Source: an uncultured Candidatus Berkelbacteria bacterium (GTDB lineage: Bacteria > Patescibacteriota > UBA1384 > 2-12-FULL-50-11). From it: DNA of 64,000 bases. The DNA lies in contig CAIMEH010000013.1 of the NCBI GenBank assembly GCA_903839975.1, positions 15,999-79,998 on the forward strand. The letters are read 5' to 3'. The position numbers and the translations under genes are program-made. Positions within the stretch are counted from its first letter, which is position 1. Each line of letters opens with the position of its first letter. Shown here piece after piece: positions 40,973 to 49,147 of the stretch. Below the pieces are notes generated by a model, which saw nothing but the letters and a program-made list of their open reading frames with translations, did no database searches and had not been told where the DNA came from.

Positions 40973-42382
40973 ATGCAACTTGTTGACCCAAGATCAAAAC
41001 ACGAGAGAATCGTTGAGCGGATTAGTATCCAAGTAAAAGCGGCTTACGATCAGAAAAAACCAGTCAAGATTTTTCATGGTGGTACACACTCAACGCGCCC
41101 GCAGCATTTTACCCGGGACAATACGGTAGATATTAGTGATTTAAATCAAGTAATAAATATTGATGTGGCTGGCCAGTTTGCCATCGTTGAACCAAACGTA
41201 CCGATGGATGCCTTAGTATCTGCAACGCTGCCATATGGTTTGGTTCCGGCGGTAATTATGGAGTTTCCTGGCATTACTGTTGGCGGTGGTGTTCAAGGCG
41301 GCGCCGGTGAGAGCAGCTCGTTCCGTTGGGGGCTATTCCACGAGATCTGCCACGAGTACGAATTAGTACTTGGCGACGGTACCGTAACCAAGGCTTCCGA
41401 GGAAGAAAATCATGATTTGTTTCACGCAAATGTTGGCTCGTACGGTTCGATGGATATTATTACCTCTGTCAAAATTTCTTTGATTCCAGCTAAGAAATAC
41501 GTCCGCTTAAAATACATTCCAACTGGCAATGTAGCCGAAGCGGTAAAAGCCATCCAGGAAAACGTTAAAGAGAACGTTGGCTTTGTCGACGCTATCCAAT
41601 TCAGCAAAGAAAAAGGTGTTGTCATGTCAGGTGACTTTTCTGATGAAGCCGATCTGCCAAAATCTCGTTTCCGCATGGCTTGGAACGCGTGGTTCTATCA
41701 GCACGCCAAAAAAGTTGTAAAGAAAGGTCAGCCTTACGAAGAACTAATTCCGATTCAGGATTATCTCTTCCGTTACGATCGAGGCGCATTCTGGGTTGGT
41801 GACTACGGCTTTGGCATTCTACACCTGCCGAATATATGGCTATTTAGATTCTTATTACACTCTTTGTTCACTACTCGGACGCTTTACCGATTCCTCCATG
41901 CTACTAATGCGTCCGGCCAGTATATCGTCCAAGATCTTTGCTTGCCCGAGGATTCAATAGTGCCGTTTGCTGCCATGAACGATGATTTGGCAAAAGTTTA
42001 TCCGCTCTGGCTCTGCCCGATTCGACCGGATGACGAGAATAAACTATCGCCGTCGTACATCAAGACAAAATTGGTGATCAACGTTGGTGTTTGGGGAAAA
42101 TATGTTGTTGATTCGGAAAAGTTTATCGAAACAAATAGGAAGATCGAGCAGCAGATCAAAGATTTAGGTGGCCGAAAAGTTTTGTACGCCCATGCGTATT
42201 ACACCGAGGATGAGTTCTGGTCGATCTACGACAAAGAGTGGTACGACAAAACGCGTAGGATAATTCACGCCAGCTCCACCTTCTATAATATTTACAACAC
42301 TGTTGTAGTGAAAGAGAAGATTCAGTCCTCTCGCCTAACTGGCCTGATGGGCTTAATCAAATCGCCGTTCAAGATTCAATAA
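40973..42382 (+). CDS. FAD-binding oxidoreductase, delta24-sterol reductase (DHCR24)-like
   Basis: VEPNVPMDAL, EFPGITVGG..GESSSFRWG, DYLFRYDRGAFW, PLWLCP, LYAHAYY. Confidence 0.8.
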   Translation: MQLVDPRSKHERIVERISIQVKAAYDQKKPVKIFHGGTHSTRPQHFTRDNTVDISDLNQVINIDVAGQFAIVEPNVPMDALVSATLPYGLVPAVIMEFPGITVGGGVQGGAGESSSFRWGLFHEICHEYELVLGDGTVTKASEEENHDLFHANVGSYGSMDIITSVKISLIPAKKYVRLKYIPTGNVAEAVKAIQENVKENVGFVDAIQFSKEKGVVMSGDFSDEADLPKSRFRMAWNAWFYQHAKKVVKKGQPYEELIPIQDYLFRYDRGAFWVGDYGFGILHLPNIWLFRFLLHSLFTTRTLYRFLHATNASGQYIVQDLCLPEDSIVPFAAMNDDLAKVYPLWLCPIRPDDENKLSPSYIKTKLVINVGVWGKYVVDSEKFIETNRKIEQQIKDLGGRKVLYAHAYYTEDEFWSIYDKEWYDKTRRIIHASSTFYNIYNTVVVKEKIQSSRLTGLMGLIKSPFKIQ

Positions 42383-42423
42383 TTTCTGTCTAATTTGTTG
42401 GTATTTGGTACGCTGAATGTAGC

Positions 42424-45093
42424 ATGCAAAAACCGTACGCGCTGCCAGCTTCGACAGTCCTGCGCGAGCTTGGCGCTGACAAGTTTCATGGCCTTAGTCG
42501 TAAGGAAGCCTTCAGGCGTCTGGCGATTCACGGTACCAACGAGTTGCGCCACAAAAACAAAGTCAGCTCGTGGGAAATATTTTGGCGACAGTGGGTGAGT
42601 CCGCTGGTCTGGATTTTACTGGTAGCGGCCATACTGGCGCTGCTTAAAAAAGAGTACGCCGATGCCGTTGTAGTGCTGGTTGTTATCTCAATTAACACAA
42701 TTATCGGTTGGGCGCAGGAGTATAAAGCCGAAAGAACCATCAGCAAGCTACGTTCAATTTTGGCGCCGATGGCGCGAGTGATTCGCGATTCTACAGAGCA
42801 GAAGATCGCCGCCACTTATCTGGTGCCGGGTGATATCGTGCTGCTGGAGGCTGGCGACAGAGTACCGGCGGATCTGCGAATAATTGAGTCAAGAAATTTA
42901 CGTATTAACCAAGCCTCGCTAACCGGCGAGTCGATTCCGGTGGAGAAAAAAGACGGCATCTTAGGTCCAAGTACAACTTTAGCCGAGCGTCACAACATGG
43001 CGTTTGCCTCGACCTTGGTTATTTCCGGAACCTCAGTGGCAATTGTTGTTGGCACCGGCGGCAACACCGAACTTGGCACAATAAGCCGAGAAGTCGCCCA
43101 GATTCAAGATAGGGAAACTGCCTTGATGACCGGAATCAAGAAACTTGGCCAATGGTTGTTGATTGCGGCGATTGTCTCCTCGGCTTTAGCGCTGGTGATT
43201 GGTCTGTACCGCGGCATCGCTTTAACAGACATGGTCAGCATCTCGATCTCGCTGTTGGTCTCGTTAATTCCAGAAGAGCTGCCGATAATTTTGACGGTGA
43301 TACTGTCGATCGCTCTGCTGCGAATTTTCAAACAGAAAGCGCTTATCAGAAACCTGCCGGCCTCTGAGACTTTGGGCAACGTCGATGTCATTTGCTTGGA
43401 TAAAACCGGCACTATCAGCGAAGGCACGATGACGGTCGAGAAAATATACGTGCCAGGTAGCGAGTACCAAGTTGAGGGTAAGGGTTACGGTTTATCCGGC
43501 AGTTTCAAAAAAGATGGTGCCAAAATTGACGTTACTAAATCCGGCGTGGCCAAAACTTTGCTTGAGCTAGCTTCGCTCTCGACCATGTCGACGATCTCCA
43601 AGGCCGATCTTCTGGCCGACCAAGCCAAGGCATTAACTGACCCAACAGAGACGGCGCTGGCAGTTGTCGCAGCTAAGGCAGGTTACTACGCTTTCCGTGA
43701 AGAGGGTCAGCATCCCGAGCTGCTGGAGATTCCATTTGACCAAGAGTTGCGTTTTTCTACCTCGGTTCACAAGTTTGGCACCGACAACCGCTATATCGCT
43801 AAGGGTGCAGCCGAGAAAATTCTGCAGCTTTCTACGCATTTCTTGGGTGACGGCGGCAAGAGCTACCGCATGATGCTGGAAACAAAAAATGATATTGAGA
43901 AACGAATTACCGATTACGCCAGGGCCGGCTATCGTGTGGTGGCCTTGGGCTATGCTGACCATTCCGCCAAAGAACCGATTAGCCCACACAACATTAAGGG
44001 CCTAACTTTTGTCGGGCTGTTTTGCATGGACGACCCAGTCAAGCCAGAGGCGGCCTTAGCCATCAAGCGAGCCGTGGCTGAAGGTTTGCGCCCGATAATG
44101 ATTACTGGCGATCATCTACTAACTGCTCACGCTGTGGCAATCAGAATTGGCTTGGATGCTTTGGGCAAAACAATTCATGCCAGCGAATTATCTCGGGTAA
44201 ATCTTAATGAAGTGGCGGTAATTGCTCGGGCTACGCCACACGACAAGTTGGCTATTATTGAACGACTGCAAAAGCACGGTTACGTGGTGGCAATGACCGG
44301 CGACGGTATCAACGACGCTCCAGCTTTGAAAAAGGCCGATATCGGCATTGCCATGGGCAAGGGTGGCACTGATGTGGCGGTTGAGGCGTCAGACATGGTG
44401 CTGCTTAACGACGGGCTAGATTCTATAACCGCGGCTGTCAAAGAAGGCCGACTGATTCAGGCCAATATGAGTAAAGTGGTCTTTAGCTTAGTTACGACCA
44501 GTATTGCCGAGGCTATCTTAATTATTGGCGCGCTCTTGGTTAATCTGCCAATTCCACTACTGGCTATTCAAATATTATTTATGAACTTGGTTACTGACGG
44601 TATCGGTTCACTTGGTTTGGTGGGCGAGCAGACGGAGGATAACTGTAAGAAGCCTATGGGCGCAGGGCTTATCAATTGGGCAATCGCTCGGCGGATGGCC
44701 TTATTGGGTGTGATTATGGCGACGGGAACGCTGTTGATTTTTAGGGCCTACTTGGGCAACGGCAATACTTATGCCGATACGGTCGCTTTTGTAACTATGA
44801 TAATTTTTGAGCTCAATGTTTTGATAAACGCTCGCTCAGATCGTAGGTCAATTTTCAGCGGCAAACTAAAGGCCAACTGGTGGTTGATCATGACGATATC
44901 CATTGCTGTACTTATCATGCTAGTTGCTGTTTATAGCGCCGTTGGCAACAAGTTGCTGGGTACTGTTCCGCTTAGCTTGGGGACACTAATTATCTGCGCC
45001 CTGGTGGCCGATTCGGTGATAGTTGTAGACGAACTTCGAAAGCTTATTGTCTCCGCCGCCCATGCCTGGGCAAAACGTGTAACAGCTGTTTGA
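42424..45093 (+). CDS. Cation-transporting P-type ATPase (P2-type)
   Basis: TGES, PEEL, DKTGT, KGAAE, TGDGINDAPAL. Confidence 0.95.
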   Translation: MQKPYALPASTVLRELGADKFHGLSRKEAFRRLAIHGTNELRHKNKVSSWEIFWRQWVSPLVWILLVAAILALLKKEYADAVVVLVVISINTIIGWAQEYKAERTISKLRSILAPMARVIRDSTEQKIAATYLVPGDIVLLEAGDRVPADLRIIESRNLRINQASLTGESIPVEKKDGILGPSTTLAERHNMAFASTLVISGTSVAIVVGTGGNTELGTISREVAQIQDRETALMTGIKKLGQWLLIAAIVSSALALVIGLYRGIALTDMVSISISLLVSLIPEELPIILTVILSIALLRIFKQKALIRNLPASETLGNVDVICLDKTGTISEGTMTVEKIYVPGSEYQVEGKGYGLSGSFKKDGAKIDVTKSGVAKTLLELASLSTMSTISKADLLADQAKALTDPTETALAVVAAKAGYYAFREEGQHPELLEIPFDQELRFSTSVHKFGTDNRYIAKGAAEKILQLSTHFLGDGGKSYRMMLETKNDIEKRITDYARAGYRVVALGYADHSAKEPISPHNIKGLTFVGLFCMDDPVKPEAALAIKRAVAEGLRPIMITGDHLLTAHAVAIRIGLDALGKTIHASELSRVNLNEVAVIARATPHDKLAIIERLQKHGYVVAMTGDGINDAPALKKADIGIAMGKGGTDVAVEASDMVLLNDGLDSITAAVKEGRLIQANMSKVVFSLVTTSIAEAILIIGALLVNLPIPLLAIQILFMNLVTDGIGSLGLVGEQTEDNCKKPMGAGLINWAIARRMALLGVIMATGTLLIFRAYLGNGNTYADTVAFVTMIIFELNVLINARSDRRSIFSGKLKANWWLIMTISIAVLIMLVAVYSAVGNKLLGTVPLSLGTLIICALVADSVIVVDELRKLIVSAAHAWAKRVTAV

Positions 45094-45294
45094 ATATAAA
45101 TTCTTGAGCGAAAATCCCAGAAATTGTGATGTAACAGGCCGATTAGGCTTTGCAATTTCGCCTGGATTTTCTCCCCACGCCTGTGGCAGCGAGTGGGGGT
45201 AGGGTCGCAAGGGCCTAGGGGGCGACTTCGCAAATCAGCCCCCTGGCCTTTGCGGAATGGTGCGAAAACAGTAATAAAAATGTAATCTATTTCT

Positions 45295-45669
45295 ATGGGA
45301 AAAACATATAAAGTCCTGCTAGTTGAAGATAACGAACCAATCAGAACCATGTACAAGGAAGAATTCTTGCACTGTAATTTTGAGGTGGTGGAGGCCGAAG
45401 ACGGCGAGATAGCCGTGAATGCAGCAATTCAACATCTGCCAGATATTATTTTGCTTGACCTAATGTTGCCGAAACAGGGTGGCTTAAGCGTCTTAAAAAT
45501 ACTTCGTTCACATCCAGAGACAAAAGATACTCCCGTTGTTATTTTGACCGCTTTGCCAAACCCAGAGTATCAAGATGAAGCTGGCGATAAAGTTCAAGGA
45601 TATTTCTTGAAGATTCAGGTTAAGCCACGTGAGTTGGTCAACAAAGTCCGCTCGATGCTAGACGTGTAA
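45295..45669 (+). CDS. Single-domain response regulator (receiver)
   Basis: LLVEDN, PDIILLDLMLP, ILTAL. Confidence 0.9.
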   Translation: MGKTYKVLLVEDNEPIRTMYKEEFLHCNFEVVEAEDGEIAVNAAIQHLPDIILLDLMLPKQGGLSVLKILRSHPETKDTPVVILTALPNPEYQDEAGDKVQGYFLKIQVKPRELVNKVRSMLDV

Positions 45670-45720
45670 TAAGCCTCGACTAATTTGTCCAATTTTAGTA
45701 AAATTACAGAAGTAATGTTT

Positions 45721-45794
45721 GGTCTCATCGTCTAGTGGCCTAGGACACTTGGTTCTCATCCAAGAGATCGCGGGTTCGACTCCCGCTGAGACCG
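45721..45794 (+). tRNA. tRNA-Glu (CTC)
   Basis: Acceptor GGTCTCA/TGAGACC, anticodon arm CTTGG-ttCTCat-CCAAG, T arm GCGGG-TTCGACT-CCCGC. Confidence 0.93.
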
Positions 45795-45852
45795 CAATTA
45801 AGCTCCCTTTCAGCTTGGAGTATTACTCTTTCTCCAAGAAAGGTAAAAATAC

Positions 45853-46392
45853 ATGGAAGATAAAGAAGAAATGAAATCTGAAGGCGAACAGCCGGAAGAA
45901 AAAGCCAGTCAAGACAACCACGAACAGTGGCGCAAGGAGAAGTGGGAGAAATACCACATGTACCATCGCCATCGAACTTCGCGATTTGTTGCACTGACGT
46001 TAGTTGTGGTTGGTGGTGTAATTATTTTACTCGGTGCGTTTGCGGTCGGGCACAACATGGGCAACCGTCGAGCATTTGTTGGTGGTGCGACTTCTGAGCG
46101 CGGTGTAATTACCAATAATATGGTTGGTAATTTTGCTGGCCGAATGGGTGGCATGGGCGGCCGTCATATGGGCAGCTCAATTCTTGGCTCGGTTACAAAT
46201 ATCGGTGGAAATACCTTAACTGTTCATAACAGCAGCAAAGACTATACCGTTACCGTTTCAAGCACAACCTCGTTCTACAAACTCGGTGCCGTCTCTAGTC
46301 AATCAACATTGAAGACCGGAGACGTGATCGTGGTCTCTGGTACGCCAGACTCCAGCGGAAATATCACCGCTACAGCAATTAGTATTCAGTAA
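45853..46392 (+). CDS. Single-TM protein with C-terminal DUF5666-like OB domain
   Basis: TM helix, Gly/Met-rich linker, GSVTNI..TLTV..LKTGDVIVVSG..ITATAI. Confidence 0.7.
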   Translation: MEDKEEMKSEGEQPEEKASQDNHEQWRKEKWEKYHMYHRHRTSRFVALTLVVVGGVIILLGAFAVGHNMGNRRAFVGGATSERGVITNNMVGNFAGRMGGMGGRHMGSSILGSVTNIGGNTLTVHNSSKDYTVTVSSTTSFYKLGAVSSQSTLKTGDVIVVSGTPDSSGNITATAISIQ

Positions 46393-46411
46393 TACTAGAA
46401 AGGATTTAAGG

Positions 46412-46441
46412 CAGCCATACGTCATATATGACGTATGGCTG
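46412..46441. terminator. Palindromic hairpin sharing its core with the 5441 hairpin
   Basis: CAGCCATACGTCA-tata-TGACGTATGGCTG. Confidence 0.65.
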
Positions 46442-46483
46442 TTTGTGTTGACGACAACTAATTGCAGTAGCACAATGTGGCTA

Positions 46484-46615
46484 ATGTATGACGCTCAAGC
46501 AAAGATGGCTGTTTTCTTCGGATGTATTATTTTGACAGTAATTATCGGCTGCGGAATTTATTTATTCAGAAATCCAGTTAACGCCATGCATATTATTCAG
46601 TCTTTTCATAAGTAA
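46484..46615 (+). CDS. 43-aa single-TM small protein (not in ORF track)
   Basis: MYDAQAKMAVFFGCIILTVIIGCGIYLFRNPVNAMHIIQSFHK; TTGACG-17-CACAAT promoter just upstream. Confidence 0.5.
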   Translation: MYDAQAKMAVFFGCIILTVIIGCGIYLFRNPVNAMHIIQSFHK

Positions 46616-46723
46616 AATAAAAGCCCCGCAATCCAATCGAATGATTGTGCGGGGCGTGCGGATTTGGTTCGGACAGTTGACACAGCTGCCTAGCGGCTTA
46701 GCTCAGCCGGACCGTAAGACGAA

Positions 46724-47044
46724 TTAGTCTTCGAGATCTGTTAGTTGATCGTCAAGCGACAGATCTGTTTTGACTGCTTGAACAATGCTGGCGTGCTGCC
46801 GGCGACGCGGTTTCGTGCTCGTATTAGATGCTCGAAGTCTTGCAGAAAGCCTTCGGTGCCTGGCTTTATCATCGCTGTCCTTGAGTTTTTCATATGGGCC
46901 CAAGTCGTTGAGCGCGGCAATAATGCTTAGTTTTGCTCTCTCCCCAATTGTGACGGTGATAAACTTTGCTTTCCTTCGCGTTACCGGTGTAGTAATGCGT
47001 CCCCTAGTAATCAAAGCTGAAACTGACATAGAATTTTCCTCCAT
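46724..47044 (-). CDS. Hypothetical basic protein
   Basis: 106-aa ORF; GGAGG upstream of an internal ATG. Confidence 0.45.
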   Translation of the reverse strand: MEENSMSVSALITRGRITTPVTRRKAKFITVTIGERAKLSIIAALNDLGPYEKLKDSDDKARHRRLSARLRASNTSTKPRRRQHASIVQAVKTDLSLDDQLTDLED

Positions 47045-47135
47045 GCGCTACCAATCTCATTGGCAGATTAGCAGATAATACCATTAAACCCCCGAATAAT
47101 CCACAGTTTCAAGCCCATTTCGGTATACTGGGTAT

Positions 47136-47879
47136 ATGGGATTGTTTTCACTTTTCGAAAAAAAAGTTGAATCGAAACAAGTTATCGAGCCTCTAGGCTT
47201 GGCTTTTGCCGACTGGCAGCTGGCCAGAGTTGTTGGCGACGAAACCAAATCCAAGCAGGTCCTGTCGATATTTCAGGCCACTTGTATCGACCCAAATAGC
47301 CTTCTGCAAGCCATTTTAGGGCGAGGCAAAAGTCGTGACGGCGCCAGGTTAATTAAAGACGAACCAATGTCGCTTTTGGGCGGTAAAAGAACAGTTGAAA
47401 TTGGTAACCATAAGATAGAGATTGTTATTGGCTTGCCGGAAGAAGTTGATAGTTATTTAACCGAAAATAACGGCCGTGAGGCCGAGCTGGCGCTGGAAAA
47501 CGGCTTTTTGCCGCTGATTGTAGCCGAGAGTTATAACGAAAAAACTAAACTTCAGTATTTGGGCACTTTGCTTTACGAACCGCAGGTTAACAAAAAGTAT
47601 TTCTTCGGCGAGAAAAAGTTTCTAAGCGTTCTGCCATCTGCCTTAATTGCCTATTACGTGGGCAAAACGGCCGAGTACCAGCCGATGGCGGTGGAGGCCG
47701 ATGAACTAATGAGCGGTACGCCACAACAGATTGAGCAGAAACTTAAAACGGTCTCAATTATCGGTTCGGCCAGCTTGCGTGATCGTCATCATATTCTGTC
47801 GCTGCTCCATAACGCCGGCAGCTTCAAATATCTCTCCACCAACTCCGCCGACGAAGGGCTCCAAAAAACCGACAGCTAG
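47136..47879 (+). CDS. Soluble protein resembling a degenerate P-type ATPase cytoplasmic domain
   Basis: IGLPE, ALENGFLPLIVA, LQYLGTLLYEP and VSIIGSASLRDRHHILSLL echo P-type N/P-domain motifs; no DKTGT or TM helices. Confidence 0.5.
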   Translation: MGLFSLFEKKVESKQVIEPLGLAFADWQLARVVGDETKSKQVLSIFQATCIDPNSLLQAILGRGKSRDGARLIKDEPMSLLGGKRTVEIGNHKIEIVIGLPEEVDSYLTENNGREAELALENGFLPLIVAESYNEKTKLQYLGTLLYEPQVNKKYFFGEKKFLSVLPSALIAYYVGKTAEYQPMAVEADELMSGTPQQIEQKLKTVSIIGSASLRDRHHILSLLHNAGSFKYLSTNSADEGLQKTDS

Positions 47880-47914
47880 TTTAATCGTTCGATCTCTTCA
47901 GGTAAAATAAAACG

Positions 47915-49147
47915 GTGATGGATAAAGAATTATTACAGCCACTTTCTGGATTTCGCGATTATTTAGGACCAACGAAAGTTAGGATTATTCGAGCACTTCA
48001 GGAAACTTTTGAGCAGTACGGTTATCAGGCATTGGAGACGCCGGCCCTTGAACGTCAGGAGATACTGCTAGGCAAATTGGGCGAGGAAGGCCAGAAACAA
48101 CTTTATTTATTCGAGGACAACGGCAAACGAAAAGTGGGTTTGCGCTACGATCTAACCGTGCCGCTAGCTCGTTTTGTTTCCTCGAATCTCGGCAATATAC
48201 CATTACCATTTAAGCGTTACGAAATCGGTAATGCATGGAGAGCCGAGAAAGCCCAGAAAGGCCGTTTTCGCCAGTTTACCCAGGCCGATATTGACGTTGT
48301 TGGGGCGCCAGAACCATCGAGCGAAATCGAACTATTCTCGCTAGTGGCAGCTGTCGCCAAAAAGCTCGGTCTAAAAATTATCTATCAAGTATCTGACCGA
48401 CGAGTTTTGGCAGAAATCATGGAAGCGCTGAAAATTCCTGAGGGCGAGCGAATGCCGCTAATGCGCTTGCTCGATAAAAAAGACAAAATTAGCTCCGAAG
48501 ATTTTAATGCCGAGTTGGTTAAACTTGGGCTCAGTGATATCGAACGTCGTCAGATCGCCAGTACTTTCTTGAATGAAAGAGCCGATATTGAAAAAATCGA
48601 GAAGCTAACCGGCAAACCGGAGTTATTTAATACTGTTCGCGCCCTTTTGGATTGGGCTAAAAACGAGGGAGTTGAGGCTGAGTTTACGCCGGGCATGGTT
48701 CGCGGTTTGGACTACTACACCGGTACGATCTTCGAGATTAAAGCGCCCGAGTACGACGGCGGCACCGTCGTGGCTGGCGGTCGTTTCGATTCGCTAGTAG
48801 AGCAGTTAACTGGTCAAAAAATTCCAGCCGTTGGTATCTCGTTTGGTGTTGATCGTCTGGCCGATTTATTACAGGATAAAGAACAGAACGAGACTTTATA
48901 CATTGTTCGCTTGCCTGAGACCGCTAACGAGCTCGATAACTGGGTTCGTCAGCTGCGTGCCGACGGCAAAGACGTGGAAGTTTACTTGGACGAAAATGTA
49001 GAGCTAGGCAAGCAGATTAAATACGCCGACAAGCGCGGTTACCAAAATATTTTAATACCGTTCGAGAACGAGTGGGCCCGTGGTCAGATCGTTAGAAAAA
49101 ATCTAAAATCAGGTGACCAAGAGAGTATTAACCGAGACAAAATCTAA
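47915..49147 (+). CDS. hisS: Histidine--tRNA ligase
   Basis: LRYDLTVPLAR, GRFRQFTQAD, RGLDYYTG, GGRFD. Confidence 0.97.
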   Translation: MMDKELLQPLSGFRDYLGPTKVRIIRALQETFEQYGYQALETPALERQEILLGKLGEEGQKQLYLFEDNGKRKVGLRYDLTVPLARFVSSNLGNIPLPFKRYEIGNAWRAEKAQKGRFRQFTQADIDVVGAPEPSSEIELFSLVAAVAKKLGLKIIYQVSDRRVLAEIMEALKIPEGERMPLMRLLDKKDKISSEDFNAELVKLGLSDIERRQIASTFLNERADIEKIEKLTGKPELFNTVRALLDWAKNEGVEAEFTPGMVRGLDYYTGTIFEIKAPEYDGGTVVAGGRFDSLVEQLTGQKIPAVGISFGVDRLADLLQDKEQNETLYIVRLPETANELDNWVRQLRADGKDVEVYLDENVELGKQIKYADKRGYQNILIPFENEWARGQIVRKNLKSGDQESINRDKI

